The notes under the pieces were generated by a model that saw only the letters and a program-made list of their open reading frames with translations, was not told the DNA's origin and ran no database searches. DNA of 64,000 nucleotides from Rhodanobacter sp. GTDB taxonomy: Bacteria > Pseudomonadota > Gammaproteobacteria > Xanthomonadales > Rhodanobacteraceae. Positions 19,422 through 29,843 of the stretch are shown piece by piece. The stretch is from assembly GCA_044464225.1 (NCBI GenBank), contig JBIQLN010000005.1:31659-95658 (forward strand). Reading direction: 5' to 3'. The stretch's first letter is position 1. Every line of letters begins with the position of its first letter. The position numbers and the translations under genes are program-made.

Positions 19422-19483
19422 TGCGCCATCATGGGCGGCCTGCGCTTCGCACCCGCGGCCTGTTGCGATAATCTTCAAGGCAC

Positions 19484-19559
19484 GCCGGCATAGCTCAGTT
19501 GGTAGAGCAACCGCCTTGTAAGCGGTAGGTCGTCTGTTCGAGTCAGACTGTCGGCACCA
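19484..19559 (+). tRNA. tRNA-Thr (anticodon TGT)
   Basis: Cloverleaf folded by hand. Acceptor GCCGGCA/TGTCGGC (one G-T pair), D-arm AGCTCAGTTGGTAGAGC, anticodon loop cTTGTAa, T-arm GTCTG TTCGAGT CAGAC, encoded CCA. Confidence 0.93.
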
Positions 19560-19577
19560 TTGGAGCGAGGCGAGGCA

Positions 19578-19922
19578 ATGATGGGCGTGGAATCGGATCC
19601 CCGCGAAGCGGAATTCCAGGCGCAGATCGAGGCGCTGCGCCGGCACTTCATCGAGGAACTTCCCGGGCGGCGCGCCGCGTTGGCATCCGCATGGAGCGGG
19701 TGTGCGGACGGGGGCGACGAAGCGCCGTGGCTGCGCCTGCGCGACGTGGCGCACAAGTTGTCGGGCTCGGCGCCTTGTTACGGGCTGGATGCGGTGGGCG
19801 ACGCCGCGCGCGAGTTGGATCGCCAGCTCTCCGGTCGGGCACCAAGCCGCGAGCGCGCGGCCGTGATGTCCACCGTTGCTTCGCTCACAGCCGTTCTCGA
19901 CGCGGCCATTCGCGACGCCTGA
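19578..19922 (+). CDS. Stand-alone Hpt (histidine phosphotransfer) domain protein
   Basis: Motif RDVAHKLSGSAPCYG fits the Hpt HxxKGS phosphorylation site in an all-helical ~115-aa protein. The start at the MM pair is uncertain. Confidence 0.65.
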   Translation: MMGVESDPREAEFQAQIEALRRHFIEELPGRRAALASAWSGCADGGDEAPWLRLRDVAHKLSGSAPCYGLDAVGDAARELDRQLSGRAPSRERAAVMSTVASLTAVLDAAIRDA

Positions 19923-20002
19923 CGCCGGGTGGTTCTGCGCGCGCCTGCGGGCTATGCTTTCCAGTTCCCCACAAATTCGGGTGACGGCAAGTGGCCAGCA
20001 CA

Positions 20003-20914
20003 ATGAAATCGGTTTCCCTGTTCGGTGTTCCCACCGACATTGGCGCGGGTTCGCGCGGCGCGTCGATGGGCCCGGAGGCCCTGCGCGTGGCGGGCTTGCC
20101 GCAGGCGATCGCCGGCCGCGGACTGGACGTGGTCGATCGAGGGAATCTCGCCGGACCCGTCAATCCCTGGCAACCCCCGCAAGCCGGCTACCGGCATTTC
20201 GCGGAAGTCGTCGCATGGAATCGCGCGGTGCTGGAAGCGGAGACGGCTGAACTCGAGGCCGGCCGCATGCCCATCATGCTGGGCGGCGACCATTGCCTTG
20301 CGATCGGTTCGATCAGCGCCGTGGCGCGCCATTGCCGCAACCAGGGCCGCAAGCTGCGCGTGTTGTGGCTGGACGCGCACGCCGACTTCAATACCGCGCA
20401 GATCACGCCTTCCGGCAATATCCACGGGATGCCGGTGGCGTGCGTGTGCGGCTTCGGTCCACGCGAACTGACGGACATGAGCGGCGCGACCCCGGCGATT
20501 GCCGCGGATGCGGTCCGCCAGATCGGAATCCGTTCGGTCGATCCCAACGAAAAGAAACTGGTGCACGACGCCGGGCTCGAGATTTTCGACATGCGCTACA
20601 TCGACGAGTACGGCATGCGGCGCGTGATGGAGGAAGCGCTGGACGGGCTCGATGCCGACACCCACCTGCATGTCAGCTTCGACGTGGATTTCCTCGATCC
20701 CTCGATCGCGCCCGCGGTGGGCACCACGGTGCCCGGCGGGCCGACGTACCGCGAAGCCCAGCTGTGCATGGAGATGATCGCCGACACCGGACTGGCCGCC
20801 TCGCTGGACATCGTGGAACTCAACCCCGCGCTGGACGAGCACAACCGCACCGCAGAACTGGTGGTGGACCTGATCGAAAGCCTGTTCGGAAAATCCACCC
20901 TGATGCGGGCGTGA
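20003..20914 (+). CDS. rocF: Arginase
   Basis: Trimmed to MKSVSLFGVPTDIGAG. Mn-binding ureohydrolase motifs GGDHCLAIGS, LWLDAHADFNT, SFDVDFLDP. Confidence 0.9.
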   Translation: MKSVSLFGVPTDIGAGSRGASMGPEALRVAGLPQAIAGRGLDVVDRGNLAGPVNPWQPPQAGYRHFAEVVAWNRAVLEAETAELEAGRMPIMLGGDHCLAIGSISAVARHCRNQGRKLRVLWLDAHADFNTAQITPSGNIHGMPVACVCGFGPRELTDMSGATPAIAADAVRQIGIRSVDPNEKKLVHDAGLEIFDMRYIDEYGMRRVMEEALDGLDADTHLHVSFDVDFLDPSIAPAVGTTVPGGPTYREAQLCMEMIADTGLAASLDIVELNPALDEHNRTAELVVDLIESLFGKSTLMRA

Positions 20915-21295
20915 CGCTCCCGGACGAGGTGTTCGAAGCAGCCTGTTGCGGAAGCCGGCCATGGATGGCACGTTCTCGTGCCGATTACGCGAGACCCGGC
21001 GAGGTCGTGCCGGATTGAACCCGTCGCGGCCGGGAATGTTCGCAAGAACAGTGATAAGGCCGCCCATGGAGGAGCGCCCTGATGGTGGTGCGCGGCAAGC
21101 CAGAGGCAGCGGGGTCCGGCGAAGCTGCGATCATGGACGATCGCACGAATAATTGAGACACGCGTCAACAAACCGCCGCTCCGGCGGTCAACAACTGTGA
21201 CGCCGGCACACCTTGCACGGGGGCGAGCACGCCTCTTGCACTTACGGGGTGGGCGCCCGCCCGGTGCGGGGCGCGGGAACACGTCGAGGGGCGTT

Positions 21296-23107
21296 GTGGC
21301 GAAACACAGGGGAAAATTCGGCGTACTGGAGGCCATTCCCGGCGGGCATGCTTCGCTGCGCTGGTTCGGCTGGTTCGGCATCGGCCTGCTGGTGGTACCG
21401 GCGGGCGTGCTGGGCATGCTCGCGACCACCGGCAGTGAAGTGCTGGAGACGGGAAACGCGGCACTGCTGCTGCGCATCGCGGGGCTCTGCGCGCTGGCCG
21501 GTTCCGGGGTGCTGCTGGTCTGGACGCTCGGCAGCCTGCGGCGTCTCGCCGAATTGGCGCAAGTGCTCTGCGAACAGGGCGAGAATCCGGTCTTCATCAA
21601 GGATGCCGACCAGCGCTACCGCTTCGTCAACGAGGCGGCGGCGGGGCTGATCGGCCGCCGACCCGCGGACGTGCTGGGTCGGCGTGACAGCGAGCTGCAG
21701 CCGGGGGCCGACGCACTGGCGTGGGAGGAAAACGATCGCGTGTGCCTCGATCGCGACCTGCCCACCATGTTCCGCGAAGTGCAGGCGACTTCCTCGGGCG
21801 AACGCAGTTTCCTGGTTTCCAAGCGGCCGCTGCATGACACCCGCGGCCGCGTGTCGGGGCTGGTCGGCGCCGCGCGCGACATCACCGACGAACTCGAATT
21901 GCAGAAACTGACACGCCGCCGCACCGACGAAACGCGCATATGGTTCGACCTGAACCCGTTGCCGGTGGTGGTGTTTGCCAGCTCCGACCTGCGCATCCTG
22001 AGCGCCAATCCCGCGGCCGAGCAGTGTTACGGCTATCCGCGCCAGCGTTTCCAGCAACTGCATGTTTCCGACCTGTTCCTGCCGGCAGAAGCCGAACGCC
22101 TGCGCACCTACCTGCGCGACGCCGGCCGCGCGGTCCCGCCCGGCAGCGTTGCCTGGCAGCATCGCCGCGCCAATGGCGAAACCTTCGACGCACTCACCGA
22201 TATCGGCAATCTGCCCCACGCCGAAGTTCCCGCGCGGATGATGCTGGTGCGCGACCTGTCGGGCGAACACGCTTCGCGCCAGGCGCTGCGCGAATGTGCC
22301 GGGCGTTACGACGACCTCGTGGAATCGGGACTTGCGCTGGTCTGGATGCACGATCTGGACGGCCGGCTGTTGCGCGTCAATGCGTTGATGGCGCAGGCGC
22401 TCGGCTACAGCCGCGAGGAAATGATCGGCCGGCCGCTGGCCGATTTCGTCGGGGACGAATCCGATGCCAACTGGAGGGATTACGTCGATCGTATCCGCAG
22501 CCTGCATCGCGACAGCGGCGTGTTGCATTTCATGTCGCGCAACGGGGAGCGGCGCGTCCTGCAGTACCAGTTCATCTGTTACCCCGATGCCGAGCCCACG
22601 CCTTACGTGCTGGGCACGGCGCAGGACGTGACCCTGCGGCACCGTTACGAGCTGCGTCTGCGCGACCAGAACCAGCGCGACGCGCTGACCGGCTGCCGCA
22701 CACGGCGTTTCCTGGAATTGTTCGCTATGCAGGCCACGCACGGCCAGGCGTGGGGATGCGCGGTGGTGGACATCGATTATTTCCGGCAATTGAATGCCAG
22801 CGAGGGGCGTGAACGCGGTGACGAGGTGCTGCGCGAAATGGCGCGGCTGCTTGGGACGACCGCCGGCGCGGGCGACGTGGTGGTGCGCCTCGGCGGGGAC
22901 GAATTCGCGATCGTGATGCCGCACACCACCGATCACGGCGTGCGCGAACTGGCCGAACGCCTCGCGATGGCTTCGCGCGACGGCATGCCAGCCGTGTTCT
23001 CGATCGGTTGGGCATTGCGCGAAGCCGAAGAGCCTCTCGAATCCACCCTGCGCCGCGCGGACAAGATGCTGTTGCACAATCGGGCACAGGAACGCGGCCC
23101 GGGCTGA
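21296..23107 (+). CDS. Membrane-anchored PAS/PAS/PAS-GGDEF diguanylate cyclase
   Basis: Two N-terminal TM segments, repeated PAS-like blocks (PVFIKDADQRYRFVNEAAAGLIGR ...) and a C-terminal GGDEF domain (RLGGDEFAIVMP). Start uncertain: GTG at 21296 with GAGGGG upstream, while the track ORF begins at 21197. Confidence 0.82.
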   Translation: MAKHRGKFGVLEAIPGGHASLRWFGWFGIGLLVVPAGVLGMLATTGSEVLETGNAALLLRIAGLCALAGSGVLLVWTLGSLRRLAELAQVLCEQGENPVFIKDADQRYRFVNEAAAGLIGRRPADVLGRRDSELQPGADALAWEENDRVCLDRDLPTMFREVQATSSGERSFLVSKRPLHDTRGRVSGLVGAARDITDELELQKLTRRRTDETRIWFDLNPLPVVVFASSDLRILSANPAAEQCYGYPRQRFQQLHVSDLFLPAEAERLRTYLRDAGRAVPPGSVAWQHRRANGETFDALTDIGNLPHAEVPARMMLVRDLSGEHASRQALRECAGRYDDLVESGLALVWMHDLDGRLLRVNALMAQALGYSREEMIGRPLADFVGDESDANWRDYVDRIRSLHRDSGVLHFMSRNGERRVLQYQFICYPDAEPTPYVLGTAQDVTLRHRYELRLRDQNQRDALTGCRTRRFLELFAMQATHGQAWGCAVVDIDYFRQLNASEGRERGDEVLREMARLLGTTAGAGDVVVRLGGDEFAIVMPHTTDHGVRELAERLAMASRDGMPAVFSIGWALREAEEPLESTLRRADKMLLHNRAQERGPG

Positions 23108-23287
23108 TCGCGCTGACCGTGATCATCCCCGGTCGTTCTTCGCCGGGCGATGACCCGTTCCTCTCGAGCCACCAACCGGAACGGTCATCCATGCCTGACT
23201 TTCCGTGGGCTTATTGCGCTGCAGCATCGTGGCGCTTAGCATTCCCGGTTTGCCCTCCCGGCGGGCGGGCGCAACGAGCAACGGGCG

Positions 23288-25081
23288 ATGCGTAGCCATT
23301 ATTGCGGTCTGATCGGTGAAGCCGAAGTCGGCCAATCCGTCACGTTGTGCGGCTGGGCCGATGCCCGCCGCGATCACGGTGGCGTGGTGTTCATCGACCT
23401 GCGCGACCACGAGGGCATCGTCCAGATCGTGGCGGACCCCGACCGATCCGAAGTGTTCAAGGTCGCGTCGAAAATCGGTTACGAAGACTGCCTGCGCGTC
23501 AGCGGAACCGTGCGGGTGCGTTCGAACATCAACGAGAAGATCCCGACCGGTCGCTACGAAGTGGTCGCCGAATCGATCGACTTGTTGAACGCCGCGCGCG
23601 ACCTGCCGTTCGCGCTGCACGAAAACCCCAACGAAGAGATGCGGCTGAAGTACCGGTACCTCGACCTGCGTCGCCCGGAAATGCAGAAGGTGATGCGCAC
23701 CCGCATCAGGCTGGTGCAGGCGCTGCGCCGCTGGCTCGACGCGCGTGGTTTCCAGGACATCGAGACGCCGATCCTCACCAAGGCGACGCCCGAAGGCGCG
23801 CGCGATTACCTGGTGCCCTCGCGCGTGCACGCCGGGCAATTCTACGCACTGCCGCAGTCGCCGCAGCTGTTCAAGCAGCTTCTGATGATCGCGGGCTTCG
23901 ATCGCTACTACCAGATCGCGCGCTGCTTCCGTGACGAGGACCTGCGCGCCGATCGCCAGCCGGAGTTCACCCAGCTCGACATGGAGTTCGCGTTCGTCGA
24001 GGAGCGCGACGTGCAGGACACGGTGGAGGCGATGATCCGCGAGGTGTTCCGCGAAGTCGGCGGCATCGAACTGGCCGATCCGTTTCCACGCATGACCTGG
24101 GCGGAGGCGATGACGCGCTACGGGTCGGACAAGCCGGACCTGCGCATCGCGTCGGAACTGGTCGACGTCGCGGACGCGGTGAAGCACCTCGAATTCAAGG
24201 TGTTCTCCGGCCCCGCGAACGACGCCGACGGACGCGTCGCCGCGTTGCGCGTACCCGGTGGCGCGGATTCGTCGCGCAAGCAACTCGACGACTACGCCGC
24301 GTACGCCGCGAAGTTTGGTGCGAAAGGCCTGGCGTGGCTGAAGGTCACCGAAGCCGCGAAGGGACTGGAGGGCGTGCAGTCTCCCGTCGCGAAATTCCTC
24401 GACGCGGCGACGCTTGCGACCATCCTGCAAACGACCGACGCGCACGACGGCGATGCGCTGTTGTTCGGCGCCGGCAAGTGGGCGACCGTCAGCACCTTCA
24501 TGGGTGCGTTGCGGCTCAGGGTCGCGCAGGATCGGGGGCTCGTCGCGCAAGGCTGGAAGCCGTTGTGGGTGACCGACTTCCCGATGTTCGAATACGACGA
24601 AGCCGAACAACGCTACGTCGCGCTGCATCACCCGTTCACCGCGCCCAAGGTCGATGACGCCGCGGCGTTGGGTGCGGATCCCGCGCATGCGGTAAGCCGT
24701 GGCTACGACATGGTGTTGAACGGCGCCGAGATCGGCGGCGGTTCGATCCGTATCCATCGGCCTGAAATGCAGAGCGCGGTATTCCGCCTGCTCGGCATCG
24801 GCGAAGACGAGGCGCGAGCGAAATTCGGGTTCCTGCTGGATGCGCTGAAGATGGGTGCGCCGCCGCACGGCGGGATTGCCTTCGGCATCGATCGCCTCGC
24901 CATGCTGATCGGTGGCACCGATGCCATCCGTGACGTGATCGCTTTTCCCAAGACCACCAGTGCGCAGGATCTGATGACGGATGCGCCGAGTGCGATCGAC
25001 GCGAAACAGCTTGCGGAATTGCACGTGCAGGTACGGGAGCAGGGAAGCGCGGAGCAAAGAGCGGAGAGGAATCCGGGATAA
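23288..25081 (+). CDS. aspS: Aspartate-tRNA ligase
   Basis: 597 aa starting MRSHYCG. OB-fold [12 protein letters not shown] and class II motifs [35 protein letters not shown]. Confidence 0.97.
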   Translation: MRSHYCGLIGEAEVGQSVTLCGWADARRDHGGVVFIDLRDHEGIVQIVADPDRSEVFKVASKIGYEDCLRVSGTVRVRSNINEKIPTGRYEVVAESIDLLNAARDLPFALHENPNEEMRLKYRYLDLRRPEMQKVMRTRIRLVQALRRWLDARGFQDIETPILTKATPEGARDYLVPSRVHAGQFYALPQSPQLFKQLLMIAGFDRYYQIARCFRDEDLRADRQPEFTQLDMEFAFVEERDVQDTVEAMIREVFREVGGIELADPFPRMTWAEAMTRYGSDKPDLRIASELVDVADAVKHLEFKVFSGPANDADGRVAALRVPGGADSSRKQLDDYAAYAAKFGAKGLAWLKVTEAAKGLEGVQSPVAKFLDAATLATILQTTDAHDGDALLFGAGKWATVSTFMGALRLRVAQDRGLVAQGWKPLWVTDFPMFEYDEAEQRYVALHHPFTAPKVDDAAALGADPAHAVSRGYDMVLNGAEIGGGSIRIHRPEMQSAVFRLLGIGEDEARAKFGFLLDALKMGAPPHGGIAFGIDRLAMLIGGTDAIRDVIAFPKTTSAQDLMTDAPSAIDAKQLAELHVQVREQGSAEQRAERNPG

Positions 25082-25270
25082 ACCCGTGCCTTCGCGGGCG
25101 CCGTCGGCCCGCGTGCCCTGCCCCCTGAGTCAGGGAAAGGTTTCGCCGTCGCAGGGCAACGGCAAAACGGGTCGTGGAAGAGGGGCGCCATGGGGACGGG
25201 CGCACAGACGTGGCGGATTGGGGAGCGTTTCCCTAAACTTTCGTGGTTTCAGGAATAACGGAGCGCCCTC

Positions 25271-25993
25271 ATGGGACGTGGTCCTTCCATCGCCGGCCGC
25301 AAGAACGCGCAGGACGCCAAGCGCGGCCAGGTGTTCACCAAGCTGGTGCGCGAAATCATGGTAGCCGCGCGCGCGGGCGGCGGCGACGTCAATGGCAACG
25401 CGCAATTGCGCACCGCGGTGGACAAGGCCATCGCGGCGTCGATGCCGAAAGACAACATCGAGCGCGCGATCAAGAAAGCCACGGGCGAGCTGGAGGGCGT
25501 CACCTACGAGGCACTGCATTTCGAGGGTTACGCCCCGGGCGGGGTCGCGGTACTGGTCGAGTGCCTGACCGACAATCGACAGCGCACCATTTCGGACGTT
25601 CGCCACGCCTTCACCAAATTTGGCGGCAATCTGGGTACCGACGGTTCGGTGGCGTACCTGTTCAAGAAGATCGGCGTGCTGTCGTACGCCGGTGGCGCGG
25701 ACGAGGAAAAGATCACCGATGCCGCGATCGAGGCGGGTGCGGAAGACGTCAAGGTGTGGCAGGAGGATGGCCAGATCGACGTGATCACGACGCCGGAATC
25801 GTTCGAGGCCGTGCGCGAGGCGATGGAGAAGGCAGGGCTGAAGCCGGACCATGCCGAGGTGACCATGCGCGCGGAACTCGACGTGCCGGTGGCGGCTGAT
25901 CAGGTCGAGGCGGTGCAGGGCCTGCTGGCGCGGCTGGACGAACTCGACGACGTCCAGAACGTGCATTCGAACGCGGATCTCCCGGCGGGCTGA
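25271..25993 (+). CDS. yebC: YebC/PmpR-family DNA-binding regulator
   Basis: Starts [25 protein letters not shown] (canonical YebC N-terminus). 240 aa, directly upstream of ruvC. Confidence 0.95.
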   Translation: MGRGPSIAGRKNAQDAKRGQVFTKLVREIMVAARAGGGDVNGNAQLRTAVDKAIAASMPKDNIERAIKKATGELEGVTYEALHFEGYAPGGVAVLVECLTDNRQRTISDVRHAFTKFGGNLGTDGSVAYLFKKIGVLSYAGGADEEKITDAAIEAGAEDVKVWQEDGQIDVITTPESFEAVREAMEKAGLKPDHAEVTMRAELDVPVAADQVEAVQGLLARLDELDDVQNVHSNADLPAG

Positions 25994-25995
25994 TC

Positions 25996-26532
25996 GTGCA
26001 TCCGGCGCAGCCGTTGCGCATCCTCGGCATCGATCCCGGCAGCCAGCGCACCGGCGTCGGTATCATCGAAGCCGATGCCACGGGGAAGCTGCGTTGCGTG
26101 TTCCGCGCGACGCTGCTGGTGGCGGGCGAGGAGACGTTTCCGTTGCGCCTGAAGCGCATCTACGACGAACTCTCGGACATCATCGAGGCGCACGCGCCGG
26201 CCGAAGCGGCGATCGAGCGCGTGTTCATGGCGAAAAACGCCGATTCCGCGCTGAAGCTCGGGCAGGCGCGTGGCGCCGCGATCTGCGCGGCGGTAGGACG
26301 TGGCCTCGCGGTGCACGAATACGCGCCCAACGCGATCAAGCAGGCCGTGGTCGGCAAGGGCCACGCCGGCAAGGAACAGGTGCAGCACATGGTCGGCATC
26401 CTGCTCAATACGCGCGAACCGCTGCAAGCCGACGCGGCCGACGCGCTCGCGATTGCGATCACGCACGCGCACTTGCGCGCCAGCGAGGCCCGCACCGGGA
26501 TTTCCGTTGCGGCATGGGGACGACGTCGATGA
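25996..26532 (+). CDS. ruvC: Holliday junction resolvase RuvC
   Basis: Contains [16 protein letters not shown]. 178 aa. Its stop overlaps the ruvA start (ATGA). Confidence 0.93.
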   Translation: MHPAQPLRILGIDPGSQRTGVGIIEADATGKLRCVFRATLLVAGEETFPLRLKRIYDELSDIIEAHAPAEAAIERVFMAKNADSALKLGQARGAAICAAVGRGLAVHEYAPNAIKQAVVGKGHAGKEQVQHMVGILLNTREPLQADAADALAIAITHAHLRASEARTGISVAAWGRRR

Positions 26533-27122
26533 TCGGCCGGATACGCGGAACGCTGGTCGGCAAGCGGCCGCCGTGGGTACTCGTCGAAGTTGGCGGCGTC
26601 GGCTACGAGCTGGAAGTGCCGATGTCCACCTTGTACGACCTGCCGGACGTCGGCAGGGAGGTGGTCCTGCTGACCCACTACGCGCACAAGGAAGACACCG
26701 TCGCGCTGTACGGATTCCTTCGCGACGGCGAGCGCAACTTGTTCCGCGACCTGCAGAAGGTTTCCGGTATCGGCGCCCGCATCGCGCTGGCGGTGCTGTC
26801 GGGTGTTTCGACTTCGGAATTCGCGCGACTGGTGCAAGCCGGCGACGTCGCGGCGTTGACCCGCATTCCCGGCATCGGCAAGAAAACCGCCGAACGCATC
26901 GTGGTCGAGCTGCGCGACCGCATCGGCGACACCGTGGCGTCCACACCGGGCGGCGGCATCACGCCGGTGACGCGTGATCCTCGCAGTGAAGCAGAGGCGG
27001 CCCTGCAGCAATTGGGCTACAAACCGGTGGAGGCGGCGCGACTCGCAGCCGCCGCGTCCGAAGAGGGCGATGACGCCGAAACCATCATCCGCAAGGCATT
27101 GCGCGCGGCGCTGGGTCGATGA
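26529..27122 (+). CDS. ruvA: Holliday junction DNA helicase subunit RuvA
   Basis: Trimmed to [12 protein letters not shown]. HhH motifs [17 protein letters not shown] and [19 protein letters not shown]. 197 aa. Confidence 0.93.
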   Translation: MIGRIRGTLVGKRPPWVLVEVGGVGYELEVPMSTLYDLPDVGREVVLLTHYAHKEDTVALYGFLRDGERNLFRDLQKVSGIGARIALAVLSGVSTSEFARLVQAGDVAALTRIPGIGKKTAERIVVELRDRIGDTVASTPGGGITPVTRDPRSEAEAALQQLGYKPVEAARLAAAASEEGDDAETIIRKALRAALGR

Positions 27123-29026
27123 TGGACAAGACCGATATCCGTCCGGCGGAAGGCGAGGATTCGAGCCGCAAGACCATGCACGTCATGGTGATCGGCGCGA
27201 TCGGCGTGGTGTTCGGCGATCTGGGCACCAGCCCGCTTTACACCTTCGCCGAAGCCTTCAGCGACCAGCATGGCATGCCGGTGACCACGTTCAACGTGCT
27301 GGGCGTGCTGTCGCTGGTGCTGTGGACGCTGCTGATCGTGGTGGCGCTGAAGTACGTCACCTTCATCATGCGCGCGGACAACAAGGGCGAAGGCGGCATC
27401 ATGGCGATGATGGCGCTGGCCCAGCGCGCCACCCGGCAATACCCGCGTACCCGCAAGCTGGTGGTGCTGGCAGCGGTGCTGGGCGCGGCGTTGTTCTTCG
27501 GCGATGGCGTGATCACGCCGTCGATCACGGTGCTTTCCGCCGTGGAGGGGCTGGAAGTCGCCGCGCCGGCCCTGGCGCACTGGGTGGTCTGGATCGCGGT
27601 GATCGTGCTGGTCACGCTGTTCCTGATCCAGAAGCGCGGCACGGGCGGGGTCGGCAAGGTGTTCGGTCCGGTGATGTGCGTGTGGTTCATCGCGCTGGGC
27701 CTCATCGGCGCGTACAACATCGCGCAGCACCCGTTGGTGCTGCGTGCGATCAATCCCTGGTACGGATTCAATTTCTTCGTCCACCATGGTGCCGGCGGGT
27801 TCCTGGTGCTGGGCGCGGTGGTGCTGTGCGTGACCGGCGCCGAGGCGTTGTACGCCGACATGGGTCACTTCGGGCGCAAGCCGATCACCGTCGCGTGGTA
27901 CGGCTTCGTGATGCCCGGCCTGATGCTGAATTACTTCGGGCAGGGTGCATTGCTGGTCCACAATCCCGAAGCGGCCAGCAACCCGTTCTACCTCGCGGTG
28001 CCGTCCTGGGGCCTTTATCCGATGATCGCGCTGGCGACCGCGGCCGCGGTGATCGCTTCGCAGGCCGTGATCGCGGGCGCCTTCTCGATCATGCGCCAGG
28101 CGATCCAGCTCGGTTTCCTACCGCGCATGCCAGTGGTGCATACGTCCAACGAGGAAGCCGGGCAAATCTACCTGCCGTGGGTCAATCGCCTCCTGATGAT
28201 CCTCGTGGTGCTGGTGGTGATCGGCTTCGGTTCCTCCAAGGCGCTGGCCGGTGCCTACGGCATCGCGGTGACCGGCACCATGGCAATCGATACGGTGCTG
28301 TTCGTGATTGTGGCCTGGCGCATGTGGAAATGGCATCCGTTGCTGGTGCTCGCGGTGCTGGTGTTTTTCCTTTCCATCGACCTGGCTTTCTTTGGCGCCA
28401 ACACGCTGAAGGTCGAAGACGGCGGCTGGTTCCCGCTGGTGCTGGGGCTCGCCGTGTTCGCCATCCTAACCACCTGGCGGCGTGGCCGCGACCTGGTGCT
28501 GCGGCAGTTGAAACACGGTGGACTCGCGCTCGCGCCGTTCATCGCCAATCTCGCGGAGCATCCGCCGACGCGGGTGGAAGGCACCGCGATTTTCCTGGTC
28601 AGCGATCCCGATGCGGTGCCGCATGCATTGCTGCACAACCTCAAGCACAACAAGGTTCTGCACAAGCGCAACGTGATCCTGACGGTGGATACGCTGGAAA
28701 CGCCCCACGCCGATCCCGACGAGCGGCTGGAGTTGAAGGGCCTCGGCAATGACTTCTATCTCCTGAAGCTGCGCTTCGGCTTCGCCGAAGATCCCAACGT
28801 GCCCGCCGCGCTGCAGGCTTGCGCCAGGCAGGGACTCGAACTCAAGATGATGGACACCACGTTCTTCCTGTCGCGCGAGACCATCGTCGCCACCGACCGT
28901 CCCGGCATGGCCTTGTGGCGCGACAAGCTGTTCGCGTTCCTCGCGCGCAACGCGTTGCCCGCCACCGCCTTCTTCAGCATTCCCGGCAACCGCCTGATCG
29001 AGTTGGGCGCGCAGGTGGAGATCTAG
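27119..29026 (+). CDS. kup: KUP/HAK/KT-family potassium uptake protein
   Basis: Signature [15 protein letters not shown], about 12 TM segments and a cytoplasmic C-terminal domain. The ATG overlaps the ruvA TGA (ATGA). An internal Met start is also possible. Confidence 0.92.
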   Translation: MMDKTDIRPAEGEDSSRKTMHVMVIGAIGVVFGDLGTSPLYTFAEAFSDQHGMPVTTFNVLGVLSLVLWTLLIVVALKYVTFIMRADNKGEGGIMAMMALAQRATRQYPRTRKLVVLAAVLGAALFFGDGVITPSITVLSAVEGLEVAAPALAHWVVWIAVIVLVTLFLIQKRGTGGVGKVFGPVMCVWFIALGLIGAYNIAQHPLVLRAINPWYGFNFFVHHGAGGFLVLGAVVLCVTGAEALYADMGHFGRKPITVAWYGFVMPGLMLNYFGQGALLVHNPEAASNPFYLAVPSWGLYPMIALATAAAVIASQAVIAGAFSIMRQAIQLGFLPRMPVVHTSNEEAGQIYLPWVNRLLMILVVLVVIGFGSSKALAGAYGIAVTGTMAIDTVLFVIVAWRMWKWHPLLVLAVLVFFLSIDLAFFGANTLKVEDGGWFPLVLGLAVFAILTTWRRGRDLVLRQLKHGGLALAPFIANLAEHPPTRVEGTAIFLVSDPDAVPHALLHNLKHNKVLHKRNVILTVDTLETPHADPDERLELKGLGNDFYLLKLRFGFAEDPNVPAALQACARQGLELKMMDTTFFLSRETIVATDRPGMALWRDKLFAFLARNALPATAFFSIPGNRLIELGAQVEI

Positions 29027-29097
29027 GCCACCTCTTTCGCGGACAGGCCGAGCAGCATTCCCGGCAATCGTCTGGTCGGACTGGCACGCAAATCTAG
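29027..29097 (+). repeat. Diverged tandem copy of the last ~50-65 nt of kup (gene-end relic)
   Basis: 29053-29097 cagcattcccggcaatcgtctggtcggactggcacgcaaatctag aligns with kup 28975-29026 cagcattcccggcaaccgcctgatcgagttgggcgcgcaggtggagatctag, about 37 matches by hand. 29027-29038 gccacctctttc also resembles 28961-28972 gccaccgccttc. Confidence 0.6.
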
Positions 29098-29264
29098 ATC
29101 GGGCGACTTCAGCCGCCTGATCGCATCCTGAACATGCGATGTGACATCCGGTCGCCCGCGGCGCATGATGAAAATAACGCAGGTGCGGCCGTCGCGAAAA
29201 GTTCGTGCATGCAGCGGAGGCGCAGTCACTTTGCGGCGTCCATGGATTGACGAGGAGGTGTCCC

Positions 29265-29771
29265 ATGCCTGCGAAGAGGGCAATCGAAAGGGCCAGGAAG
29301 GACAAGCGCGAAGGCAAGTCCGCCAGTACCCAGGCTGGCGAATTCGTGCGCGAGGAAATCGACCACGTACGCGAGGGCAAGCACGGCGCGCGCTCGACCA
29401 AGCAGGCCATCGCAGTAGGGTTGTCCGAGGCACGTCGCGCCGGGGTGGACCTGCCGCCGCCCGAGAAGGGGCAGGCTTCGTCCGGCACCATCAAGCGCGC
29501 GAAGCGTGACCTTGCTGCGGGAAAAAAAGGTGCGGCAAGCCGCGCTTCGTCGAAGCGTTCGCGTGCGAGCAGCAAGGCCTTGAAGCGCGAAGGCCATTCG
29601 GCCGCGTCGAAAACTGCGCTCTCGAAACACGCCCGCAAGGCGGCGCACAAACGATCGGCTGGCGAACGATCCGCCGCAGCGAAGAAGGCCGCGCGCACCA
29701 AAGGTGCGAAAGAACGTTCCGCCGCGGCGCGCAAGGCGGCGCGGACGCGCGCAAAAAACCGCCAGCGCTGA
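29265..29771 (+). CDS. Small highly basic protein (DUF6496-like N-terminus, Lys/Ala-rich repeat tail)
   Basis: GAGGAGG Shine-Dalgarno 6 nt upstream. The N-terminus KREGKSASTQAGEFVREEIDHVREGKHGARSTKQAIAVGLSEARRAGV matches a conserved small-protein family (DUF6496, from memory). The tail has tandem ERSAAAKKAARTKGAK / ERSAAARKAARTRAKN. Confidence 0.7.
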   Translation: MPAKRAIERARKDKREGKSASTQAGEFVREEIDHVREGKHGARSTKQAIAVGLSEARRAGVDLPPPEKGQASSGTIKRAKRDLAAGKKGAASRASSKRSRASSKALKREGHSAASKTALSKHARKAAHKRSAGERSAAAKKAARTKGAKERSAAARKAARTRAKNRQR

Positions 29772-29843
29772 TGGTCTGAAAATTCCGGCCTTCGAGCGTG
29801 GCGTTTCGCGTCGCGGGTCTGCGGGTTCCGGCATAATCACCGA

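Noticed and set aside
21242-23077. 611-aa ORF antisense to the PAS-GGDEF gene
   Set aside because: No motifs and skewed composition. The plus strand carries clear PAS and GGDEF signatures.
23123-25057. 644-aa ORF antisense to aspS
   Set aside because: Composition is dominated by Arg/Ala/Gly/His/Val with no recognisable motif. The opposite strand encodes a complete, motif-perfect AspS. Long antisense ORFs are expected at this GC content because stop codons are AT-rich.
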